From assembly GCA_046563655.1 (NCBI GenBank), contig CM102286.1:9982001-10046000 (forward strand): a DNA stretch of 64,000 nucleotides. The letters run 5' to 3'. This document shows positions 23,727 to 37,111 of the stretch, piece by piece (position 1 is the first letter of the stretch; every line of letters begins with the position of its first letter). The position numbers and the translations under genes are program-made. This stretch comes from Yuukianura sp. NJ FZ-2021 (Eukaryota). The notes under the pieces were generated by a model. It ran no database searches. It was not told the origin of the DNA and worked only from the letters and a program-made list of their open reading frames with translations.

Positions 23727-24144
23727 TTCACTATATCACTATTCACTAAGTAGTGCTACATATGTTCTTTGCATCATCGAAAAGCTTACCAGGGTAACTT
23801 TAACTTTCTAGGTTACTTGACGTTGATGGTGGTCAATCGTTTTTAACACTATCCGGTTTTGCTATTCTCAGTTTACTAGCTTGACCTCGTCGTTTATTGT
23901 TTGAACCAAAACACTTGTGTACTTGTGTGTTGTTTTGTACAACTTGTAAGTTGTGTAGTACTTGTACTTAGTGTGCTTGAACGTGTACTTGTACTTTTTT
24001 TTAGTAACTTTCTAGTTTCCACCAGTTCTACACCTTTCCTTAAGTATCTGTCGCTCCTTTGTGTAAAAAAAAATAAAATGAGGTTGAAGTTTATGAGGGG
24101 AGAAAACCCGCAATATTTCTCGACAGAATTACATCTGGATTTCC

Positions 24145-24454
24145 GGTCGAAGTAAACTTTGAGGTCCTCCGTTGTACCCCCAAATTCCATTGTACCCCCA
24201 CATTATATTCCGTGGTGGCAAATTCAAAAAAACAACCAATCACCCCCTCTTCTGTTGATTTGTTCAGTTGCGCATAGATTTATGAACTGTACCCCCCGTC
24301 CTTAGTCAGGTTTGTTTAACCTAACCTAACCTAACCAACAATAGAGGGGGCGATTTGTTGCTTTTTTGAATTTGCCGCCACGGATTATAATGTGGGGGTA
24401 CAAGACAATGGAATTTGGGGGGTACAACGGAGGACCTCAAAGTTTACTTCAACC
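24145..24454. mobile_element. GG-terminated palindromic MITE (Merlin-like signature) nested in the left TIR
   Basis: GGTCGAAGTAAACTTTGAGG / CCTCAAAGTTTACTTCAACC; 8-bp TSD GGATTTCC/GGATTTCA; the right TIR of the host element shows the empty site. Confidence 0.8.
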
Positions 24455-25179
24455 GGATTTCATGATGTGTAAAATTCCACACATTTGGAATAGCAAAAAC
24501 GCAACAAAAATCCAGATGTATGAAATTAAGCACGTCTCAAATCACAAAAACACAACAGGAATCCTGATGTGTCAAATTTGGGATGTGTGAAAATAAAAAT
24601 ACAACACAAATCCTAACATGTCAATTTGAAATGTATCTCGCCTCATGCGCTTTTTCAGATGTGTGAAATTGAGGCGTCTCAATTCCTCATGTGTCAATTT
24701 GAGATGTGTTTTTGGTGCAGGTGGTTGAACTAAGGCACAGTCCAATCCGTTGTATACACCCAGTTCATTTACCCTCACAACTATCAAAAATTGTCCCCGA
24801 CTTCAGAATTTGAAATTTGTTTCACATTTATTGTTAACTTCTGCTAATGACGCCGAAATTAATTAAACGCTACAATTATTAATCGTAGCACCATATCAGA
24901 AAAAAATTATGCAGTTTTTCTACCGGACAAACAGCTGAAAAGAACACGTTCAAAAATCTCACATTCCAAATTCTTTGAACAACAATAGCAAAACGAAACG
25001 TTAAATAATTAAAATTAACCTAAAACAGTTTGAAGATGGCTGAAAATTGATATAATCACTACCCTGAACGTTATTGGCTTTATATGTTTTTATTATACTG
25101 TGAGGTCTATTTAAAAGCAGACACCACACCCCAAAATTGTTGCTACAGGCAACAGCAAAATTTTTGTTGGGGCTTACTG

Positions 25180-25445
25180 TATATAGTATATATTTATAAT
25201 ATATAGTATTTATTTGTAATATATAGAATATATTAGTAATATATATAGTATATATTCATGGTATATAGTATATATTTATAATATATATAGTATATATTTA
25301 TAGTATATAGTATATGTAGTATATATATTATAGTATATAGTATCATGGCATATAGTATATATAGTATAGTATATATTTATAGTATATAGTGTATAGTATA
25401 TATTCATAATGTATATAGCATGCATTTCTAATATATAGTATATAT
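25180..25445. repeat. Degenerate (TATATAG/TATATT)n simple repeat
   Basis: Visible run of tatatagtatata units. Confidence 0.9.
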
Positions 25446-26202
25446 CCAAAGTTTATATTTTTAATTTTTTTAGGTTAAGCAAGTCTAATTGGGAGAATAG
25501 AGTTGATACAATGGCAGTCGATACAATTGAATTGGCACAATGTTGTGCTTCCCATAAGAAAGACGCAGAAGGCGTAATGATGAGAGCGGTTAGTTATTAA
25601 ATAATAAAGTTACTAAATATAGTTGAGTTAAATGTGTTAACCATTGAGTGGATTGGCGTAGAGTTAGGAATTAGAATATCCAATGTGGTTTCGCCGGATG
25701 CACTCTTGATTTACTTCAACCAAATGTGCACAAAAACACATCTGAATTTAGACATGAGGAATCGAGACGTCTCGATTTCACACATCAGAAAAAACATATG
25801 AGGGGAGATACATCTCAAATCGAGACGTTAGGATTTCTGTTGCGTTTTTGGTTTCGCACGTCTCAAATTTCACACATCAGAATTCCTGTTGTGTTTTTGT
25901 AATTTGAGATGTGTATAATTTCACACGTCTGGATTTCAGTTGTGTTTTTATATTTCCAGATGTGTGAAATTTCACACATCAGGAATTCCAGAAGTAAATC
26001 TGTCGAGGAATATTGTGGGTTTTCTCTCCTCATAGAAGTTACCCCTTGTTGCCGTGAATGTAAGTTACAAACTTGTGGTATGTGGTATTGGTTACAATTT
26101 GTAACCTATACCACAAGTGTGGAAATAATGCAACAAAAATTTGCATACTAAGATTTGATCATGTTTTGGGTTTAATATGACATGACGTATCGTCCACTAA
26201 TC

Positions 26203-29200
26203 CATGGAGGGAGATGGGTGGCAAAATTATTTTAAATTTCCGCGCGTTAAAAAGCGTTTCGTGCATAAAAACAACATTTTTCGCCGATAAAAACAATGCG
26301 CAAAAAGTATTTTTAACTGGCGTAACGTTTATTGCTAACCTAACCTAAAACTCAATTGCAGGAAAAATTCAATTTCAGTAATTGATTTTTCCTGCAATTG
26401 AACTTTGTTTTTCTGCAATTAAATTTGGTTTTTCTGCAATTGATTTTTTTGTTTTTCTGCAATTAATTTGTTGTTTTTCTGCAACTAGAAGTATGTTTTT
26501 ACCATTTCAAGGGTTGTTTTTACCATTTTAAAGTTTTGTATTTTACCATTTTGTATTTTACCATTTCAAACTCTCGTCTTTTACCATTTCAAAGTTTGTC
26601 ATTTAAAAGCTTGTTTTTCGCCAATTAATTGCACTAAAAGTCCCATATAGCCTAGGTACACGTGCACAGATGGGCAAAGAAATTATTCCTTATTTTAATC
26701 GTTTAATTTATATTAAGTACATCATAAATATAAGAATAATTTATTAAAATTAATGCATAATTTTTATAATTAATTAGCTTAATATTTAAGGCGCCGATTG
26801 AAGTAAAGTTTAACGACCGAAATGGTAACACCACGAAATTTCAAAATTTCAACGATTCAATTGATAATTTCTGCCTTAAAGGGCAATTTGCAGTGACTCT
26901 TCTAAAAGTCAATTGCTAATTTCTGTCTTAAAGTTCAATTTGAAGTAACTCTTCTAAAAGAGACAAACTAAAATAACCTAACACCGCGCCTTAGTCGTGG
27001 AAAAATAAAAGGGAATTCAATGAATGAAACGCTATAGAAGCTTACCCTATAGATGTGTTTCCTGTACTGTTTCGTTCATTGAATTCACTTTCCCTTTCCT
27101 ATTACCTAACACCGCACCTTAGGTGGAGGGAATCGAATTTGGAAACTGTCGCCGCCCAAGGACAGTCACCCATACATTCCGGTACTACGGGTAAGCTCAC
27201 GAACTCCAACTCCAAAAAACTGTAAGCAATATGCTAAGGTTAATAACTAACACCGCGCCTAAGGCGCGGGAAAGAAAAAGTAAAGTCAATGAATTAAATA
27301 TGACAGACTTAATTAAACGGAATTCGAAAAATATGTTGCCAGCATTCTTTAGCATAGGCGTATAGAATAGAGTGACGGCAATGCAAATTTTCCCACACAG
27401 ACCTACAAATGTTATCACAGAAATGTAGCCATTGTAGCGACGCAACGCAGCCGCAGGCGGCTACGATTAGTGTCTACACTTACTCTTGTTAAACCTTACT
27501 TCAACCCGCTAATGCCTTCCTCTTTGTCTTGTCAATGTAAAAGTTCAAAATGCTAAACAGTCCAGCATTGTTTTTAATAACACTAATGCGCCTTAAAGAT
27601 TAAGCTAATAAATTATAAAAATTATGGATTAATTTTAATAAATTATTCTTATATTAATGATGTACTTAATATAAATTAAACCATTAAAATCAGGAATAAT
27701 TTCTTTGCCCATCTGTACACGGGTACCTAGGCTGTATGGGCCTTTTAGTGCAATCAATTGGCGAAAAACAAGCTTTTAAATGACAAACTTTGAAACGGTA
27801 AAAGACAAGAGTATGGAGGGGTAATAACGACTTTCACTATTAATTATTTTTATCTTATAATTAAAAAAATTTCCTTAAAATAAAAAAAAAACTTTACAAA
27901 AAGAAAAAAAAGTTCCGGGAATTTTTTTTTTTTGTATTTAGAAAATAATTTTTGTAATTAAAAGTATTTTTCTAAATTAGAAATATTTTTTTATATTTAA
28001 AAAAAAAGTTCTTTAAAAAAGTATTTTTTAGTTAAAAAGTTTTTTTTCATATAAAAAAAAACTTTATTTTTGACGGAAGAAATATAAATATGGAGCAAAG
28101 TGAAAAAACTTTTCAAAAGAAAAAAAGAAAAAATTTTTGTTTGGGATTGTGTCGTCATAAGCCAGGATTCGGTGGTCACTTGTGTTCTCCCAATTGCAAA
28201 CCACGCCACTCCACTGTTGCCGGTATTGAAATTCAGAGAGACACGCCGTTGACAAGGCAGTTTTTTCTCGTGCCAGGCAGCAGGGGTCGGTGGGTGGTCC
28301 AAATGCTCGGTGGACAATAGACTTGCATGGAGTGTCAGTAGCGCTAGTCTGGCGGAAAGAAGGAGAAACACACGATTATCAGCAATAAAAGGGGCCAGAA
28401 TTGATAACGCTGAAAAGAAAAAGATGTTTCTCATTCTTTCCACCAGACTAGCGCTACCAACACTCCATGCAAGTCCATTGTCCGCCGGACATTTGGACCA
28501 CCCACCGACCCCTGCTGCCTGGCACGAGAAAAATAAGCAATGACGGCGTAAGTTCTGTTTGAATTTCAAACCGGCAACAGTGGGCTGGCGTGGTATGCAA
28601 TTGGCAGAGCACAACTGACCACCGAATCCTGGCTTATGACGTCACAACACCAACTTCAGAAAGAAAAAAGTTTTTTCTTTTTTTCATTTGAAAAGTTTTT
28701 TTTTCACATTGCTCCACATTTATATTTTTTCGGTCAAAAATAAAGCTTTTTTTAAATAAGAAAAAAACTTTATAACTAAAAAATACTTTTTTAAAGAACT
28801 TTTTTTTAAATATAAAAAAATATTTCTAACTTAGAAAAATATACTTTTAGGTACAAAAATTATTTTTTAAATACAAAAAAAAATTTTTTTCAAAACTTTT
28901 TTTTTCTTTTTGTAAACTTTTTTTTTATTTTAAGGAAAATTTTTTTTAATTATAAGAAAAATAATTTATAGTGAAAGTCGTTATTGCCCCTCCATACAAG
29001 AGTTTGAAATGGTAAAATACAAAATGGTAAAATACAAAACTTTAAAATGGTAAAAACAACCCTTGAAATGGTAAAAACATACTTCTAATTGCGGAAAAAC
29101 GACAAATTAATTGCTGAAAAACAAAAAATCAATTGCAGAAAAACCAAAAATTAATCGCAGAAAAACCAAATTTAATTGCAGAAAAACAAAGTTCAATTGC

Positions 29201-29384
29201 AGGAAAAATCAATTACTGCAGTTGAATTTTTCCAGCAATTGAGTTTTACTGCAATAAACGTTCCGCCAGTTAAAAATACTTTTCGCGCATTGTTTTTACC
29301 GGCGAAAAATGCTGTTTTTAATGCGCGAAACGTTTTTTAACGCGCGAAAATTTAAAATAATTTTGCCACCCAACTCCCTCCATA
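26203..29384. mobile_element. Non-autonomous long-TIR element, IS3EU-like (outer)
   Basis: CATGGAGGGAG.TGGGTGGCAAAATT.. / ..TTTTGCCACCCAACTCCCTCCATA; ~590-bp TIRs; TSD CTAATC/CTCATC (5 of 6 match). Confidence 0.8.
27812..28996. mobile_element. Foldback (almost fully palindromic) IS3EU-like element nested in the right TIR of the outer element
   Basis: TATGGAGGGG...CCCCTCCATA with arms of ~550 bp around a centre near 28400; perfect TSD CAAGAG; the empty site is visible in the outer left TIR near 26570. Confidence 0.88.
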
Positions 29385-29744
29385 CTCATCTTCTAACTTT
29401 AAAGTTTTTCCCGTGACGCTTTTTGCTTTTATAATTCTATCAATTTTGAGTTAAATCAAATCATTAATGCGTGCTTTTCTCATCATGAGTTAGGCAGTTG
29501 ACCTAACCCTTACTTTAGACCAAACGTTCCCCACTGCTTATTACCGAACTTGGATTTCTAATGAATTTAGACACATAGAGTTTCTAAATATTGATTACGG
29601 GGATCAACGGTGTAAGTAAAGACTACACAACCAACTGAAATGACTCATCTATCTAATTCTCTATTCTGTCTGAATCTACGGTATGTGTCAACTTTAGAAC
29701 AATGCACGACTTTGTTAATATGATTATAAACCTACTACGCTGTT

Positions 29745-30632
29745 TTAGAAACTACGTGTAACTGGGCTTATGACATCAAAAGCTTTGAAATAATCCGTAG
29801 TTTGAAATAACAAATTAATCAAGCTTTTATGATCCCCGTAAGAAATGGATTCACTCAAAGTTTCGTTTTCAAAAACTCGCTTTTTGGTTAAAGAATGAGA
29901 AAATAGCGTCTGTAGACAGTGATTGCAGTAAATTAATTCAAGCACGTCAGAAAAATAAATTCGAGTTTATTTTTATAAGTGAGGTTTTTGCTTGCCAACT
30001 TCTGCATTAAAACCGCAACCGAATAGTTCATCTTCCGAAGACATTTTGTGGTAAACTAAACACGGAAGTTTCATAGCAAACACGTACTGATTTGTATTCG
30101 TTGAAAGTTAGTTATTTGCGTATTACTATTTCGACATTACATTCGGAATTTCTTGAGGAATAGACGTAGTAACCCGAGGAGCACTTTGAAGTAACGATTC
30201 CAAGTAACTAATTTCGTGATTAATTATTTTCCCCTTTCGCCTGAAAGTAGTTTTCACTGCCACAATTTCCATGGGGTAATATCCTAGGAATTCTTCTTCA
30301 GTCTAGAGACATAAAATTCAATGTTAGGTTTAGGTTGTTTAGAAAACAGGAGCTAAAAGACGTTTAAATAACGTTACCTCTTCATGTGATCCAAACAACT
30401 GCCTAAAAGCCTTAAGATTGGTTGCCGTCTGCGCTATTATACTTTCGAGATCGTCAATGGGAACTTCTATTTTTGTTAGTGACGAATTTTCAGCAACATC
30501 TTTCCTCTTCCTGCCTATACCCCGTCCATGTTTACGTTTACGTCCGCGTCTCTTCGAGGGAACATGTACTCCTGCTTCTTTTGGCATGATTACGCCCTCC
30601 AGCGCGTTGTAATCCTCCGGTCCGGTAAGCAC
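29745..30632 (-). pseudogene. Decayed spliced gene of unknown function with a basic NLS-like stretch
   Basis: Exon with KRRGRKRKHGRGIGRKRK ends at donor GAG|GTAAC; the next exon after CTCTAG continues in frame (TEEEFLGYYPME...) but hits stops. Confidence 0.35.
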
Positions 30633-31927
30633 TGCAAATGAAATAATTATGATTCATAACGAACAACACCGTAGAGTAGAAGTAGACTTCAGACAGTGAT
30701 GACTGATGAAGCTATGGCTTGAGTATTGATTTTCGTTGATTGTGCTATACGCAATAGTTAATCCATAATCACCCTACACCCTGACCATACTGATCTTTTA
30801 TAAAACCTTAGGTAACTGCCTACGAAAAACTTTGTCATATTAGAAATCCTTGCTCCTATTGCCCTATCCCCATCCCCATCCGTGGCAAAAACACTATTTG
30901 TATATGTTTACTTACGTATCTTCTTCGGTGTATGTATAACCGACCTCGTTAGTACGTCGAACGCTGAATCCACAGTAATCCTTTACTACAAATTCCAATC
31001 AGCTGACGGGTTGTATTCCTGTGGACGACAAAAACTATGCAAAAGTGAGCGATCAAAACCGAACGAGCATCCGGGTATTTATCACTATCTTTAATTCAAT
31101 AAAATAAACGAATTTTACTGACTTCCAGTAACTAAGTTAAATCTAAAGATCTCTAACTTGTTTTGTGTTTTTTGAACAGTAATAGGTTGACGTAAACTTT
31201 AAGTACTGTAATTGTAGCAGCGCAGTATGGGCTACAAGGGGTTGCTACACTTGTGGCGTAACTAAACGATACCGATACCCCATTGGTTATGCTTTTATAC
31301 TAATCAAGCCTAACCTAAGCTAATTCAGTTCACCCCGTAGTGTAGTGACATATTTCAGTTACACATGTATAACACGCCCTCAGCACATACTGTGACAGTA
31401 CAATGGGTGTCGTTAAAGCTTATTCTAACCGAATATTCAATCCGAAAGTATTGTTAGTTCTTTTTTTCTCCGTAGGGGCAACACTAATCCTCTGAGAACT
31501 CGTAAGGTTTCGCGGGGTTTAAGATTATGAAAGCCCGAGAAAACTAAAATTCTGTAAACTGCCTCTTCCTGATCTTCGCTAATGTGCTGCTCACTCTGAA
31601 TGAATCATATAGTCCTCATAAGTGTCGGAATGCTGTTGGAAATTCTAAATCTAGAATCTTAGTTCCAAATAGTAATTACTTGTCCAATTGAATACCCAAT
31701 AGTATCTCTTGTACGTATAGGTAATTGCAATTGCATGAAACATGTACTTAAGGTAGTAATTAATAGGTTGATACTCTTGCGAACACAAGACCTTAATAAA
31801 CTTTTGTACTCTGTAATTATAGAAATTTTAATTAACTACTGTCGATATAAAAGGAGTCAAATGATCATAACACAATTCTAACTGAAGGTTTTTTTTAAGA
31901 ATTAAGTTACTGACATTTTTTTTCGAA

Positions 31928-33191
31928 ATGCTTTCAGAGTATGAATTGAATGTTTTCAAGAAATCATTTACTTTGCTAAAGAAATTGGGCGTTCCACCCA
32001 TTGTTTATGAAAATGGAATTTTGAAAAATACTGACCGAAGTTTGAGAGCCAATTTGATCAATTCCAGTTTTCTCACTCTTCAGTTTTTCTACTTTTTATT
32101 TTGTACGATTCAAATGATAAATGGCGATGCAGAGCGAAAAGTGGTTTTAATTTTTCTAAACATCGTCACACTGTCGTCAGTTTCCTTTCGACTCACGATG
32201 CTTCGCTACGCGTCGGAAATTTCGTTTCTCGGCAACAACATTCTGAACATGGCAAAAATTTTGGGTGAGTTTCATGTTTACTCTGAAAATTAACAAGCAA
32301 ATTAAGAAACGATTCGAAAAATTAACATTTCAGGTAAACTGGTCCCGAATGGAGATGTTGGTGAGCATCGAACTCGAGGTTACATCTACGCACTTGTTCT
32401 GTTAAGTCTCGCGATCAGTGCAATTTTAACCATCTTTCAAAGTCTGGTCACGAACTTCATTTTCTTCGGCAAAAGTTTCTGGTTCTTTGGGCTTTATTTT
32501 ATAGCATCAACCTACTCTGGTGTTTTCCTCTTACATGACCTGACATTCCTCTGCAGCACATTCATCACTTCCGTTTTGACTTCAATGTTTTGGCTTCAAA
32601 AGTCATGGTAACTTAAAAAAAAATTATTAATTTTTTTTTTAACTTTTTTTCAACTGCCTTTTCTTGAGTAAATTTAGCATTGATTGGCCACTGGAGAGCA
32701 CCAACACGAAGAAAGAGACGCCACCTTATATGGCATGTCTTCACACCTACCGATGCATGCGCCTTCTCAATGACGTACACAACGTTTGCTTTGGAACTTT
32801 CTTTATCCCTGGCATCAAGTTAGCCGTAGTACTGACTCTATTCATCGCAGTTTTTTGTACTGTACGCCTGCGTGAAGCTCTGACTTTAATAGTCTACAGC
32901 TTCTTCCTCATGTACATGTTTACCGCAATAATAATGATAATGCCTGGCGCTATTATCATGTCGAAGGTCTACAACATCTCCAAGAACTTTCACTGCAACC
33001 TCGACTCTGCAAACAGGAGCGACAACCGGCTGGACAGGAACTGTAAATTGCTAATTGCCAAGAGTTCAAGAGCATTACCAATTCTAAGGTGCACGATTGG
33101 AGCGTTCTACCACATGGAAGGCATGGCTAAGTTAACCTTGGCTGATAATATTGCTCGAGGCATTGCTTTTTGTCTCATGACATCGCAGTAG
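31928..33191 (+). CDS. Divergent gustatory/odorant-receptor-like multi-pass membrane protein, 3 exons, 374 aa
   Basis: Exons 31928-32264, 32334-32607 and 32678-33191 splice in frame (1125 nt); several hydrophobic segments; C-terminal LRCTIGAFYHME...LT pattern; TATAAAAG near 31846. Confidence 0.75.
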
Positions 33192-34511
33192 GTTAGTGAA
33201 ACGCTATCCACACGCGTAGAATATGTAGGAGCTGAAGGCCGGAGAAGCCCAGGTGGATAAACATCAGATTGTTGATTGCTACAAGAGGTTAGGTTTTTTT
33301 AATTTTGTTAAATAATTTGCAAAACTTGCTTCACCGTACCTTACTATGGTAATGATTTGTATGTAATGTAACGGAATTGACGAAAAATTGGCGCAAAAAG
33401 TTGTTTGCAATCAATTTTTATAAAACTAGGAGGTATTGAACAACCTCTTGTAGTAATAGAAGAAGTTGCTATAGCAACCTTGGGAGAAGCAAGTATTTAT
33501 TGCGTTAGTTTCGCATTCAGTGGAAAGAGTGGGATAACGAAAATAAATAAAATTAAAACTTGCATCTTTACGAGTATCCAAATAATAATATTTCTTAAGT
33601 TAATTAATAGCACTATAAATAAAAAATTTCGTCAGTAACATGGATTCTGAGTAAAGAGAATTGCGGAATCTGTATTAAATTTTTTTTACGGAGAATAAAT
33701 GTACCTATTTTTATTTTAGCACAATCGCCTGCCTAGTGCAAGTTGAAGTAATTATTAAAATTGTATAAATATGTAGAATGCCATACGATTAATTCTGAAT
33801 GCTGAATAATTCTGCATTCTCCCTATGTTTCTTGTCTCAACTGTATTTCGAAATAAAGCTTTCTTCTGGTGGACTCGGGTAAAATTTTTGAAGGCGAGTT
33901 TCTCTGACTGAGTTCAGTACGTTACTTGTTTTAAAAAAATCAACATGACCTTACTGCTTAACAGCTAAACGCTAAACAAAATTTTGTTTAGTAGGTGTAT
34001 TCCATTAACTGTAGTTAGGTTGGATTTTACTGAAAATGAAAATGTATTTAGGGGAAATAATTGATAATTGAATATGAGATTATGACGCCGTTCAAGTCGA
34101 AGAATAGGTGAATTACTCGTATTTGACTTTTGGTCTCCAGCGGTTTGAAAGGTAATTAAAGGATTGAAAATATCGATCTAATTAAAAACAAATCTTTAAA
34201 CACATTAAGACTGTGACAGGAAACTATACTAAAGTAATTACTTGTTATTCCTTACCTAGTGCTTTAGATGTTATTACAGTGAAACACCTGAGGTAATTGA
34301 TAGGTTACATAAACGAAAACGAAATCTGTAGTTAAGTCTTTCACTCCATAATTATAGAAAATGCAATTTTAATTACTGTCGGGCAAAAACTTATCGAGTT
34401 ATGAGAAAGCTTTTTTTCAGTTTTCGCCAGTTTTCTCAGTCCTCATTTTCATATTTTTCTTTTTTGTTTCGTAACGGTTCAAACGATTTTTTTTTAATTT
34501 TTCTAAACATT

Positions 34512-34839
34512 AGCTTGTTTCAAATAAGACGATTATAATCGCTTTTCAGATTAATCTGCCGAAACAGATTAATCTGAGCCCGCCCGCAGGCGCAATGCGC
34601 CACTTTTTAGATTATAATCGGCCAAAAAAGAATCCACAAAAACTACGATTCTCTCGCATTAATCTGCTCCCTCTACCTGACCGTCACCACCCACTGTTGT
34701 TATTTTTGAAATTTTGATTTCCCGCCAGTCGACATCAGCTGATAATCGGCCGAAAAAGTCGGATACACTCAAATTATTCGATTATAATCTAAGCCGGGTT
34801 AATCCGTGTAGGATTATAATCATTTATTTGAAACAAGCT
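34512..34839. mobile_element. MITE with GATTATAATC palindromic repeats
   Basis: TIR AGCTTGTTTCAAATAA / TTATTTGAAACAAGCT. Confidence 0.75.
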
Positions 34840-35064
34840 TGAGTAACACTGTCGTCGGTTTCTGCTCAGCTCACGATTATTCCCTACGCTTTGGCAGTTC
34901 TCAACTGGGCAAACATTTTAAGCGACTTTAACAGTTTAATCACACAAAAAAGTCAATGAATGAATAAAAAACACATAATTTACATATTACTTTTTGAAGG
35001 AAAAGGTCACTGAAGTGACCTCGCAGAGTAACCTAAAACTTAATATCTCTAAGGCCTTTTTATT

Positions 35065-35671
35065 CAGAGCATTTTTGAATACGATTACTTAATCATAATC
35101 CGATCTGGATTATGATTACAGATTAATGATCTGTTATGTGTAATCAAATTGTAATTTGTAATCGGTAATCTACTTGTAGTTGATTGCAATTCCGCATGCC
35201 TCGATCGTAATGAATAATCAAATTCAAAAATACAATGTCAGATTACTTGATTACAAGGAAAAATTTGAATATCGTTAAATATTACCGCCATACATGCCGA
35301 ACATATGTATTTCATGTAGATAAATATCGTATCAATAATAAAATAATATAAAATAATAATATAATATAATATATAAAATAAATATTTTTATAACACGGCT
35401 TTTGAAAAATGACAAGGTATTTCTATGCGGTTGAGATTCAAATTTCAAAACGTACAGTTAATTCCACTACCAAGCGTTGACAATAATAGAAAGCATATGC
35501 AATATGTAGCTCCGATTACACATTATCATTAACTGATTACGGATTACTTTTTTTGATTATGATTCCGACTACAGGTAACCATAATCCATTAAAGTAATTG
35601 ATTCTGATTTTCGTTCTGTAATCTTGTAATCTGTAATCAATTACAATTTCTGAGTAATCAATAGGGCTCTG
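35065..35671. mobile_element. hAT-type MITE with GTAATC/GATTAC repeats
   Basis: CAGAGC...GCTCTG termini; 8-bp TSD TTTTTATT/TTTTTAGT; dense GATTAC subterminal repeats. Confidence 0.75.
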
Positions 35672-36579
35672 TTTTTAGTTTAGTTTTTGACATATTTATT
35701 GTCATGTTGGATTGCTTCTTTTCTTTTCAGAATTTGACAATTGGAAAGGTCAGTTATGAGGTTAGGCGACAGTTGTCTTGTTTTTAGTTAACAGAAAAAA
35801 AAGGAACCACCAACCTTGTTTCCTTAGCCCAGCAGCTGGACGTGGACACGATGTGCGTTCTTTTTAAAACTAAGACCAACTTAGGAATAGTCAGTCAGTT
35901 AACGTTCGGTATGATGAGTGAGGTGTACCACGCTTACCTCGTAATTTTCAAATTGCCCCAGGTCAACATGCGCAGAAAGGCAATTACGGTTGCGCGGTAC
36001 AATTATGATGCGGACGGGACCGTCTTGTTGTCTTGTACAAATGAAGAGACTGCTGTGTCATTTAGTGCACTTAGCATTTAATGCTATGCTGCGTTTTAGC
36101 TATTTAGACGACGTGTGTATTTCTCTGGTCCCCGCTCCCAACGCCTCCCCCTCTTCCTTTACGTACTCTTTGGAACAGCTTGGGGCGAAAAATTCTGGTT
36201 TGTTTACATTTCTTCGACACTTTTCTTACAGCTGATTATCTTCTGCAACACTTTTAAAGCTTCTCTTGCGTTAAATTTTAATCTGATTAGTCCTTATTTG
36301 CGAAAGATTAGTTAGCACTGGTGACGAAAGTGTAGTTATGGGTGTTTACACCACCGAATCCGTCTCTAGTACGTGAGATCAAGTCACCAAACATTAAATT
36401 GTCAGACACGAAATACATCCAAAGCATTCATCAGTTTTTGAAGTGTGTTAAAGAGAATTCTGGGTAAGAAAATACTCCGATAGGATACGTTACTTCAGGG
36501 ATGAAAAACGTACGTACCGATTGAATTGAAATCTAAAGCAAATAATTCAATTCTGAATACGCATGTTCTGAGAACCTTG

Positions 36580-36775
36580 ATTTGGACAATGTACCAAAAT
36601 TAAAAAGGCTGATATGAAATCATGGGTTGATATAACCTGCATCCCATACGCTGATAACGCTACTAAACGCCAACTTTACCCCATAATTAAGGCACATAAA
36701 CCACTTAAAATTGAGTACTTCATTGACACAGTGACGAGGGAAAACGGACACGAAATCTCCCGCCTTCCTCTTTAC
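36580..36775 (+). mobile_element. Tc1/IS630 (Sailor-like) transposase fragment between the second D and the E
   Basis: LDN... then KADMKSW...IPY..NATK.QL..IIK.HKP...Y.ID......GHEISRLPLY, cut off just before LNPIE. Confidence 0.65.
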
Positions 36776-37111
36776 CCTACGTTTATATTACTCGGGTAAA
36801 AGCTATTCGGATACAACCCGAGTAGAATTTTACTCCGTTTCAACGAAATTTTTAAGAGTAGAATTTGAAATTGGCACCGTTTTAACACGTGACGGTTTTG
36901 CGGGAAACCGAATTTGGTTTCCAAATTCAAACTGTGAAGTATCAAAAACTGACGTTATCTTTAACAACGTTGTCAAAAAATGAGTACACTAATCATTTCT
37001 CAAGCGTTAGTCATTTCAAGGTGAATTAACCGACGTTCAAACGCCAAATCCTATCGAACCAGATGTCGAGCATTGTTGACCTTAAAGAAATTATGGGAGG
37101 AGTGGAAACCC

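Larger units (their letters stand above)
24092..26034. mobile_element. Non-autonomous long-TIR element, IS3EU-like (TATG...CATA, 6-bp TSD)
   Basis: TATGAGGGGAGAAAACCC.. / ..GGGTTTTCTCTCCTCATA; ~320-bp diverged TIRs; perfect TSD GAAGTT at 24086-24091 and 26035-26040. Confidence 0.8.

Noticed and set aside
24316..24337. (TTAGG)n/(CCTAA)n telomere-like motifs here and near 61606
   Set aside because: Only 2-4 units, dispersed inside repeats; not a telomeric array.
27997..28614. 205-aa ORF and overlapping ORFs
   Set aside because: They lie in a palindromic foldback element, so the peptide self-similarity is an artefact of the inverted repeat.
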